Shown one piece after another: positions 30,394-37,691 of a stretch of DNA of 64,000 nt. Position numbers and translations under genes: made by a program. Below the pieces are notes generated by a model. It was given only the letters and a program-made list of their open reading frames with translations, was not told the DNA's origin and made no database searches. The DNA lies in IMG/VR virus record IMGVR_UViG_3300027762_000009, positions 474 to 64,473 of that record. The stretch is one strand, 5' to 3'. The DNA comes from a virus. Lineage: Duplodnaviria > Caudoviricetes. Numbering within the stretch: the stretch's first letter is position 1; every line of letters starts with the position of its first letter.

Positions 30394-31485
30394 ATGGAAT
30401 GTGTATTTAAAAAGGAAGAAGAGTTAAAGGTAAGAAAAAAGTGTATTGATTGGTTTGATAAAACCTTTACCAACGATATGGTGCAAATTCATAATAGTTT
30501 GTCTTTGGATTCAATATGGGAAACTTATGAAAGATTGCGTAAGTCTGGTTTATCTCTTGAAGAGTTTAGACAGATACTTTATTGGAGCGGGAGGATTAAT
30601 GGTGGGTTAAGTAATTCCGGATACATTGTGGATAAAGTAGCAGTAAGTAGCAAGTCAATAGAAGAGATGGAAATACTAATGTCTATATGTCCAATGGAGA
30701 TGCGTGGAACTATTCAAAAAATGATTACACGTAAAGCGAACAAGATTGCAACCCCGAATTATGTTGAACAAGAGATTCAATGTTTTGGTTATTCCCATTT
30801 AGAACTGTTCTTTCATATGTGGTGTATTAACGCGACATCAGAAAAGGGTAAGAAATTTGTGGAGTCATGTGGATTAACAAGAAAACAAACTGGTACATCA
30901 TTGAAGGCCCTGAAAAGTGCTTATACTTGTTTCTGTGAAACGTTTACTGTTCCTATGAGATTTAATGCTTCCCAATTAAAACATTATTTTGAACAAAAGG
31001 GATTCGAAATTAAGAAGGGTTATGTTTGCGGAGTAGCAGGACAGACATACTTTGATAATCTTATTGTGCCTGGATGGCTTTCACAAGATGCATTCGATCT
31101 ACCTATCAGCATTACGTGTAAGAATGGAATAATCTTCAAAGCAGGGGTCTATTGGGATATCACTTTAGGACAAAGCTTTATAGACTCAGACTTATGTACA
31201 AGATTTTCTACGTTACAATCTGCAGCGGATTACTATTTACAATTTATACATCCTAAGGAAGAGGCTAAGATAACATTATTAGCTAATCAACAAGGGTTGG
31301 ATAAACATTGTGGAGTTGAGCGTACCAGTGTGGGTTTGACAAATAGAACCGCGCCATCTGCGCCATCTGCTCCATCTACGCCATCTGTACCCGTTGAATC
31401 TCCATCTGTTGAATTAGACTTATGTAAAGATTGCGATAAGGAGGCTGACAATTGTATGTCTTGTCCTCATGGTTTGTCGGTTTGA
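30394..31485 (+). CDS. Hypothetical protein with a possible winged-helix domain
   Basis: RBS GGAGG; segment LKALKSAY..FCE..KHYFEQKGF..YFDNL resembles D5/P4 C-terminal wHTH; PS-rich linker; Cys-rich tail. Confidence 0.6.
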   Translation: MECVFKKEEELKVRKKCIDWFDKTFTNDMVQIHNSLSLDSIWETYERLRKSGLSLEEFRQILYWSGRINGGLSNSGYIVDKVAVSSKSIEEMEILMSICPMEMRGTIQKMITRKANKIATPNYVEQEIQCFGYSHLELFFHMWCINATSEKGKKFVESCGLTRKQTGTSLKALKSAYTCFCETFTVPMRFNASQLKHYFEQKGFEIKKGYVCGVAGQTYFDNLIVPGWLSQDAFDLPISITCKNGIIFKAGVYWDITLGQSFIDSDLCTRFSTLQSAADYYLQFIHPKEEAKITLLANQQGLDKHCGVERTSVGLTNRTAPSAPSAPSTPSVPVESPSVELDLCKDCDKEADNCMSCPHGLSV

Positions 31486-31507
31486 TCCTCATGGTTTGTC
31501 GGTTTGA
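31464..31507 (+). repeat. Perfect 22-bp tandem duplication at the gene end
   Basis: TCCTCATGGTTTGTCGGTTTGA x2. Confidence 0.95.
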
Positions 31508-31519
31508 TGTTGATGTTTT

Positions 31520-31553
31520 ACCCAGTAGATTTATTTGGTCTATTGGGTTTTTT
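31520..31553 (+). terminator. Rho-independent terminator
   Basis: ACCCAGTAGAT..GTCTATTGGGT followed by a T-run. Confidence 0.75.
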
Positions 31554-31714
31554 ATTGCCTAAAAAATGGGTTTCCGAGTGCAATTTTTCTGATCCTTGTT
31601 GATTACGATTTTTTCTGTCGGGATTTAGGGAAATCTTATCTCATCATTCTAATAAGTGGTTTTCGTGGATAGGTTATAAAAGTACTATTTTTTCTTAATA
31701 TTCTATATGAAAAA

Positions 31715-32053
31715 TAAAATATATTATATATATTATATGGGGATATATATGGGGATATAATATATAATATATAATATATAATATATAATATATATATATA
31801 TAAGGTAACCAAGTTGGTTGCACAAAAATAAACGGATCTCAAAACATTGATTTTAGTAATGGAGATAAATTAACCCAGTGTCTCGAGAAAAAAAAACTAA
31901 AAAGACAAGGTTCAGATTTTTTCACACGGGATCCCTAACTATTCAAAATTTTATGTGGTTAACTGGTTTTTTATGTGGTTTGTAGGGATTTTATGTGGGT
32001 TGTGGGGGATTTTATGTGGTTAACTGGTTTTTTATATGGGTTGTAGGGGATTT
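31715..32053. repeat. AT-dinucleotide tract followed by ~21-bp degenerate tandem repeats (candidate replication origin)
   Basis: (AT)n/ATATAAT run 31715-31802; TTTTATGTGG-initiated units x5 at 31949-32053. Confidence 0.6.
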
Positions 32054-32468
32054 AATCGATATAAATATGTTTCCCGGACTTCTTATTGGGTTATTCTCGA
32101 AACTGAGGAGATCGATACGAGATTTAGGGATTCTCTGGACTTAAACAAATTTGCCGGACGTTTTAAGGGCTGCAGTGATTGTTTTACTTAAACTGTGGAA
32201 TATCCAGTAAGGGATTCAATCTTACGGACTTGCTCAAACGGTGTTAGTTTTAATAGGTTCTATGGAGACGGGCCGGGGAGGCCACCGATGACCTTCTTCC
32301 GCAAGTTTGATCCTCTTGCAGGTTGCCAGGTTCCGGCCCGACCAGTTAAAGTCGTGCGACCAAGCGGCCCACTGGCCCATCTCCTACTATACATTTATTT
32401 TATTACCCACCCATCTCCTACTATATATTTATTTTTATCGCCCGTCTATTAGGTCCTCTTATAAGTAG

Positions 32469-32500
32469 AAAAAAAGAAGCCTTTATTTGGCTTCCTTTTT
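32469..32500 (-). terminator. Terminator of the minus-strand early operon
   Basis: GAAGCC..GGCTTC stem flanked by A- and T-runs. Confidence 0.7.
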
Positions 32501-32551
32501 CCTATAGTAAGTTATTCAAGAAAGGAGTTATTAGGCTCCTGCGCAACGAGT

Positions 32552-32704
32552 CTAACTAGTTAAGATACGCCATCCTTCTTTGTTCCACTTCCTATTTTTT
32601 CGTAACATGGCTTCGTCTGAATCTACATGACATAAGGCACATATTTCGGGATCCGTGTTCTTGCATCCTGCGCAAGTGTTGATCCACTGGAATTGTTCAA
32701 CCAT
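32552..32704 (-). CDS. Small Cys-rich protein (50 aa, absent from the ORF track)
   Basis: MVEQFQWINTCAGCKNTDPEICALCH..; overlaps the stop of the upstream gene. Confidence 0.55.
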   Translation of the reverse strand: MVEQFQWINTCAGCKNTDPEICALCHVDSDEAMLRKNRKWNKEGWRILTS

Positions 32705-32978
32705 CTTTTTGATCTTCTTCATCCTCACTTACCACCCTTCCTTCGTAATCATGAAATGTACCGCCAATTAGAATCATTGTTCTCGCAGTTCCATCATTGT
32801 GTACGTAACTTTGGATCCAGTATCCAGACCCCTTAACATCTGCCACATGTGTTTTTCCTAAGAACATAAATTTTATAGTCATACTTTGAAACTGGTCTTC
32901 CTTCAGATGTTTTCTTGCCACTAACATAGTATTCCTAATAAGTAGCTGTTTTACTGCTCCAGTACTCATAAAATGCAT
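32697..32978 (-). CDS. Hypothetical early protein
   Basis: RBS AAGGGG. Confidence 0.65.
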   Translation of the reverse strand: MHFMSTGAVKQLLIRNTMLVARKHLKEDQFQSMTIKFMFLGKTHVADVKGSGYWIQSYVHNDGTARTMILIGGTFHDYEGRVVSEDEEDQKDG

Positions 32979-33003
32979 AATTGTTAACCCCTTTCGGGCT
33001 CCA

Positions 33004-33444
33004 TTATTTGGAGCCCTTTGTTGTTTTAGTCTTTTTAGCCACTGCTTCGATCACTTCCACAGCTTCTTGAACTTCTTCCGCAGTGACCACCGGGTTCATT
33101 TCCTTTTTAACCTTCCACACTTGACTATAGTCACATTTTAGTTCTCTTTGTATGTCGATGATTTTCATCCCGTCGGCTAACATCGCCTTAATCTGATTCT
33201 TTCTTTCGTTGTTGCCGTGAGACCTGATTGATTTTTCAATTTCGATTCCGTTTTTGATCACGTAATTACTGATCACATTATATGCATGATTATAAATTAC
33301 GCCTACCATCTGATGAATGTCCTTCACTTCGTATCCTGCATCGAATAATGTTTGGATCCTTTTGCTCTTGGACAATGTTTCATCCTTTGCTACCGCCATT
33401 GCCTCTTCCGTAGTCATTGTTACTTGTTTGTTAACTATTTTCAT
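33004..33444 (-). CDS. Tandem-HTH DNA-binding protein (paralog of 24584..25429 and 35766..36146)
   Basis: SKSKRIQTLFDAGYEVKDI..VIYNHAYN / ERKNQIKAMLADGMKIIDI..CDYSQVW. Confidence 0.75.
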   Translation of the reverse strand: MKIVNKQVTMTTEEAMAVAKDETLSKSKRIQTLFDAGYEVKDIHQMVGVIYNHAYNVISNYVIKNGIEIEKSIRSHGNNERKNQIKAMLADGMKIIDIQRELKCDYSQVWKVKKEMNPVVTAEEVQEAVEVIEAVAKKTKTTKGSK

Positions 33445-33846
33445 AATAGTCCACCTTTCTGCCCTTACTGCCGGGCCAGCTAAAATGTTATTGGTAGAAA
33501 TTAAATGTTTGTTTAATTTCTATATTATTATTATATCATATATTATAAAAAATATCACGTTATTTTTAAAATAAATTTTCCCTTGCCCCATTAGACCATG
33601 AATCAGGTAAACGCCCTCCAGGTTCGTATCCTACAGTGTGTCGTTGTGTAAACGGTTACTCGGGCGCGGCAAATGTGTTTAGGGGTTTAAAACACCACAC
33701 TGGTACGCGGGGAATCCTGGAACAGGTTAATCCGGGAAACGGGTAACTGGGGAACGTTTTAAAGGGTGGGCGGAGACGGGCCAATGTGCGCACGGCAGAA
33801 CGTTTTAAACGTTGGGCAAGGACAACCCAGCCGGGCGATCGCTGGC

Positions 33847-33900
33847 CCCTCTCCCTCATACCATTTAATTGATAGCTCCCTCTCCGTCATACCATTTAAT
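33847..33900 (+). repeat. 23-bp direct repeat with one mismatch
   Basis: CCCTCTCC(C/G)TCATACCATTTAAT at 33847 and 33878. Confidence 0.9.
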
Positions 33901-33946
33901 AACTTTTGTAACAGGAGTAAGGAACTTAAAAGTTTTTAAAAAGGAG

Positions 33947-33975
33947 TTGAAAAGGATACAATTTTAATATATAAT
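33947..33975 (+). promoter_or_regulatory. SigmaA-type early promoter
   Basis: TTGAAA-17 bp-TATAAT. Confidence 0.75.
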
Positions 33976-34030
33976 ATAAATATAAAAATTTATTTTAAGT
34001 ACCATCCGGTACAGAAAGGGGATATTAATA

Positions 34031-34366
34031 ATGAAACAGGATAAAGTAATGAAGTATTTAAAAAAGAAGGGAGTGGAGGATAAAATATTTGAAATCTTGT
34101 TTGTAACGTGTTCTAAGGACTATATACATCCGAAGGAACAGTTGGAATGGGGGAAAGAGCATGTAACTAATAAAATGAATGAGATGGATGATATTATATG
34201 TGCATACTATGATGAACTAATAAACTTACCTTGTACTATGGAACTTATTCAAAGAGATTTAATAAAGGTTAAGGAAATTAGGGATATATACTTTGAGGCA
34301 AAAAAAAGGGCTCTTGCAAATGGAGTTAATTTTACAGATGAGGGAGGTAAAATAAATGGAATCTAA
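34031..34366 (+). CDS. Hypothetical early protein
   Basis: RBS AAAGGGG after a promoter. Confidence 0.7.
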   Translation: MKQDKVMKYLKKKGVEDKIFEILFVTCSKDYIHPKEQLEWGKEHVTNKMNEMDDIICAYYDELINLPCTMELIQRDLIKVKEIRDIYFEAKKRALANGVNFTDEGGKINGI

Positions 34367-34604
34367 TAATGTTTTAAAGATGAGTGATTGTGACTTTGAT
34401 TGTAGTTGGGAAGATAGGATAAGGATTACGAAGGATGATGTATCGATAATAGATGTGGAACTGAGTGAATTAACTACTATTATGTTGAAGGAAGATGTAG
34501 TACAGTTACATCTATTTGGTGTTACGTACTTGGAAATAACTCATGAGGATGCGAAGGGGATGTTGGAATCCCATGCTGAGAATTGGGTAGAGAAAGAAAA
34601 TTAA
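34356..34604 (+). CDS. Hypothetical acidic early protein
   Basis: RBS GGAGG. Confidence 0.65.
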   Translation: MESNNVLKMSDCDFDCSWEDRIRITKDDVSIIDVELSELTTIMLKEDVVQLHLFGVTYLEITHEDAKGMLESHAENWVEKEN

Positions 34605-34734
34605 TAGGTTAGATGGAGAGTGGGATTATTTAATTATAATCCCACTCTTGATTTCCATACGGACCTTATTATATAATATTATTATAATAAAAATATATTT
34701 GATGTACCCTCTGAGGTACAGGAAGGAGTAAGTT

Positions 34735-35160
34735 ATGAAAAAGATGGAGTTAAATGTAGGAGGTACTAAGTTAGTGGAGAGTGTGGTATATTATGGGATG
34801 AGTCAGATGGATTGGACTATAAGATGGTTTTATGGGGATGATCTTAGAGAAAGGGAGTTAAGTGAGACGAGGAAGACGATGTTCTTAGAAGTAGGTTTTA
34901 CGGAAGATTATGTGGAGAAGATAACGGAAATGAGAGTTGGTAAATTTTATGATACATTGAAGATGATGAAGGAATTGGAAGAGAAATTAAGGAATATTGC
35001 GGGAACAGGTCAAGGGGATCTGGAAGATTTATATTGTATCGTAACGGAATTATTAAGATCTCAGGAGGGATTAGTGGAGATGATGAACTGGTGTGAGGAT
35101 GAGGAAGAGTTGGACCTATTAATAGATTTGATCGAAGGACTAGGGTGGGAAGTCGCGTAG
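34735..35160 (+). CDS. Hypothetical acidic early protein
   Basis: RBS GGAAGGAG; own promoter TTGATT-18-TATAAT. Confidence 0.7.
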   Translation: MKKMELNVGGTKLVESVVYYGMSQMDWTIRWFYGDDLRERELSETRKTMFLEVGFTEDYVEKITEMRVGKFYDTLKMMKELEEKLRNIAGTGQGDLEDLYCIVTELLRSQEGLVEMMNWCEDEEELDLLIDLIEGLGWEVA

Positions 35161-35168
35161 TTTTAAGA

Positions 35169-35192
35169 AGGAGTCCGAAAGGACTCTTTTTT
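35169..35192 (+). terminator. Rho-independent terminator
   Basis: GAGTCC-GAAA-GGACTC followed by a T-run. Confidence 0.88.
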
Positions 35193-35462
35193 ATGGGGTT
35201 TTATGGGCAGGGGGCGACGGAGATGGGCCGGCGAGGCTTCTGGCTTTTAGGTCTTTGAGGACGGGCCGGCATGAAGTAATAAATTAAAAATATAGACGTT
35301 TTAGGGACGTTTTAGACGGAATGACGACGTTTTATGGGCGTTTTATGGGCCGACGGAGACGGGCCAAGGATGCTCGTGGGGTGACGTGCCGGCCACCTCC
35401 ATTGACAAAGGTTTTTTACAAAAAATTGCCCGAGGGTTTTACGGTATTTTTGGGGGGAACAA

Positions 35463-35546
35463 CACGTTACCACGTTACCCTACTAAACACTTTACCACTT
35501 TACCCTACTAAACACCTTACCACGTTACCACTTTACCACTTTACCC
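35463..35546 (+). repeat. CAC(G/T/C)TTAC 8-mer array with CCTACTAAA spacers
   Basis: About eight copies in 85 bp. Confidence 0.9.
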
Positions 35547-35685
35547 GACTAACCCATTAAATCACTAACCCCCCTAAAATAATTATATATTATAAAATTA
35601 TAATATTATTCGATATAAAAAAAGTTGTTCGTGGTATTATAATAAAAGGTAATAAAAAAATAATTAAAATAATTAATAAAAAGTA

Positions 35686-35714
35686 TTGACCTTATATATA
35701 ATATATGTTATAAT
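35686..35714 (+). promoter_or_regulatory. Strong sigmaA promoter with extended -10
   Basis: TTGACC-17 bp-TATAAT with TG at -15 and an A-rich UP element. Confidence 0.85.
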
Positions 35715-35765
35715 ATAAATATAGTAAGTAATTAAAAAATAAATTAAAGAAAGGAAGTATTTACT

Positions 35766-36146
35766 ATGATTATTAAAAAAGAGTTTATTAAAAAAATAAA
35801 TGAAAAGGAGGAAAATATTTTATTAGAAAATTATTTTAATAATAAAATTAGTAAAAAAGATATTATAATTAAATTATTTTATAATGGTTATAATATAAAA
35901 GAAATTAGTAATAAATTAAATATTATATATAATATGGTATATAATTATATTAAAGAAAATAGTTTAAAATTAGGTTTTTATAACGATATCGATTTTAGTA
36001 AAAATAATAATAATAATGGTAAAAGTAATTTAATAAAAAAATTATTTTTAGAAGGTAAAAATGTTATCGAAATTTGTATCGAATTAAAAATAGGTAGTAA
36101 TTATTGTAACAAAGTTATTAAAGAAATTAAAGAAGGTAAAAGGTAA
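35766..36146 (+). CDS. Tandem-HTH protein encoded by an almost C-free gene
   Basis: SKKDIIIKLFYNGYNIKEI..IIYNMVYN / GKSNLIKKLFLEGKNVIEI; own promoter, RBS AAAGGA and terminator. Confidence 0.75.
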   Translation: MIIKKEFIKKINEKEENILLENYFNNKISKKDIIIKLFYNGYNIKEISNKLNIIYNMVYNYIKENSLKLGFYNDIDFSKNNNNNGKSNLIKKLFLEGKNVIEICIELKIGSNYCNKVIKEIKEGKR

Positions 36147-36155
36147 AATTAATAT

Positions 36156-36194
36156 AAAAGTTATTATATAGAAATATATAATAACTTTTTTTTT
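36156..36194 (+). terminator. Rho-independent terminator
   Basis: AAAAGTTATTATATA-GAAA-TATATAATAACTTTT followed by a T-run. Confidence 0.85.
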
Positions 36195-36332
36195 GTAAAA
36201 TTTTGGAAATTTTCCTTCGGAAAATTTCTTTTTAACCCTAAAGGGTTTTCATTGTTTTATCCTTTTTTAGTTTTAAGTCTACTCGTTTTATAAAGCATCC
36301 AGTTCTCCCACACCGGTACTTTTTCCTCTAGT

Positions 36333-36408
36333 GGCATGGCAATCTGGAGGGCATGGCAATCTGGAATCTGGAATCTGTATGGCAATCTGGATGGCAATCT
36401 GACAATCT
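36333..36408 (+). repeat. (GGC)AATCTG(G) repeat cluster upstream of terS (candidate pac/cos region)
   Basis: About seven AATCT copies, with ATGGCAATCTG x4. Confidence 0.8.
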
Positions 36409-36522
36409 AAAAAATACACACACAGGGAAAATTTGAAACATGGGTCAAACGTAATTCCAGAAGGCTCTACAGGGCGGCAAGACTGAAGGCCTTAAAAAAT
36501 TTAAAAATTTATTTGTCTCCCT

Positions 36523-36562
36523 CGTGCAAAATCTTTATAAAAATACTATTATATTAATATAA
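36523..36562 (+). promoter_or_regulatory. Phage-specific promoter, copy 6 (late operon)
   Basis: CGTGCAAAATCTTT-N10-TATTATATTAATATAA. Confidence 0.7.
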
Positions 36563-36587
36563 GACTAATTAAACCATAATCATAAGC

Positions 36588-36654
36588 AAATAAATAAATA
36601 AATAAATAAATAAATAAACAGGATGATAAATAAATAAATAAATAAATAAATAAA
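36588..36654 (+). repeat. (AAAT)n microsatellite, duplicated, in the late leader
   Basis: Two (AAAT)n-AAACAGGA blocks. Confidence 0.9.
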
Positions 36655-36674
36655 CAGGAAGGGAGGAAACACGT

Positions 36675-37691
36675 ATGCAGCCAACACAAGCAACAACAAC
36701 TACAGCTATAGCGGCCCTAGACTGGGATGCTAAAGGAATAACTTGTTATCAGAAGAAACTGGGAGATTTTGTACAAACATTACAACAAGATTGCGAAGTA
36801 AATAATATTGGGATGCCCTTAACTTACGTGGATCCAACCGTCATTGCGGAAACCACCCACTGGTGCGCAAGTCCTGACGATATACCGGATGACAAATTTA
36901 ATGCTTCAATTGTCCCTATAGAATTTGAAGACGGTCTGCCCACCGTAAATGGGTTACCCTTTTGGGAACGGCTAGATGGCGAAACGCTCCCGTACTATAA
37001 TGTGTTCAAGCAATATAGGGACATGAAGTATTACAACAATACACATCTTAACACTCGTTCCATTGCGCGTTTAGGTGAGGAAATAGGAGTTCCTGGGAGA
37101 TTTCTTTCAATCCTCGGAAGGATCTATCATTGGTCACCGAGATGCAAGGCATTCGACATGTATCGAGAAAGAGAACTTCAACTTAGAAGACAAAGGGATA
37201 TGGAACAATTAGAAAATAAGCACTCTAAATATGCAATGGATCTCTTAGAACAGGCAATCGCCTATTTGAAAGATAATCCAAAGCAGCTGAATCCTAAGAC
37301 GGCTTTGGATATGGTAGAGTTAGGAATGAAATATGGGCGTGTTTCAGCAGGCCTACTAGGTGATAAGCCTGGGCAAACAGCAGCTTCTTCCGTTCATCAA
37401 ACAAACATTGCAATTCAGTCCAATTCAAACACCCAAATGGATCATTCCCAAAATGGGGTTGTGCTGAATAACGGAACTGGTTCCAATAGTCCTGCTGGGC
37501 GGAAGTTAGCTGATAATTTAAAAGACAATGGTACTTTGGCAAGTATCTTACATGTCCTGAATAGATCTGGTGCCCTCTCCACAGCGGCACCAGAAACCCC
37601 TATTGAAACTACTATGGATGAGACTCCAATCGTCGATGTTATAGATATAACACCAATTGAAACAAATAGCAAAGAAGGTGAAAATGTATGA
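36675..37691 (+). CDS. terS: Putative terminase small subunit
   Basis: WERLDGET..Y..F..YRD..RS..W..R..AFD pattern; immediately upstream of terL. Confidence 0.7.
   Translation: MQPTQATTTTAIAALDWDAKGITCYQKKLGDFVQTLQQDCEVNNIGMPLTYVDPTVIAETTHWCASPDDIPDDKFNASIVPIEFEDGLPTVNGLPFWERLDGETLPYYNVFKQYRDMKYYNNTHLNTRSIARLGEEIGVPGRFLSILGRIYHWSPRCKAFDMYRERELQLRRQRDMEQLENKHSKYAMDLLEQAIAYLKDNPKQLNPKTALDMVELGMKYGRVSAGLLGDKPGQTAASSVHQTNIAIQSNSNTQMDHSQNGVVLNNGTGSNSPAGRKLADNLKDNGTLASILHVLNRSGALSTAAPETPIETTMDETPIVDVIDITPIETNSKEGENV

Noticed and set aside
31636-31842. 68-aa Ile/Tyr-rich ORF
   Set aside because: Artefact of the AT-dinucleotide tract
31949-32053. Possible mini-CRISPR array
   Set aside because: Units abut with no unique spacers and are degenerate; the only Cas4-like gene sits in a recombination context
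32195-35560. ORFs 32195..32452, 33656..33859 and 35321..35560
   Set aside because: Arise from GC-rich spacers and repeats; no RBS; atypical composition
36420-36492. Possible c-di-GMP riboswitch (CACAGGG..GAAA)
   Set aside because: Lacks the GGGCAAA/GACGCAAA and P2 features of the GEMM motif
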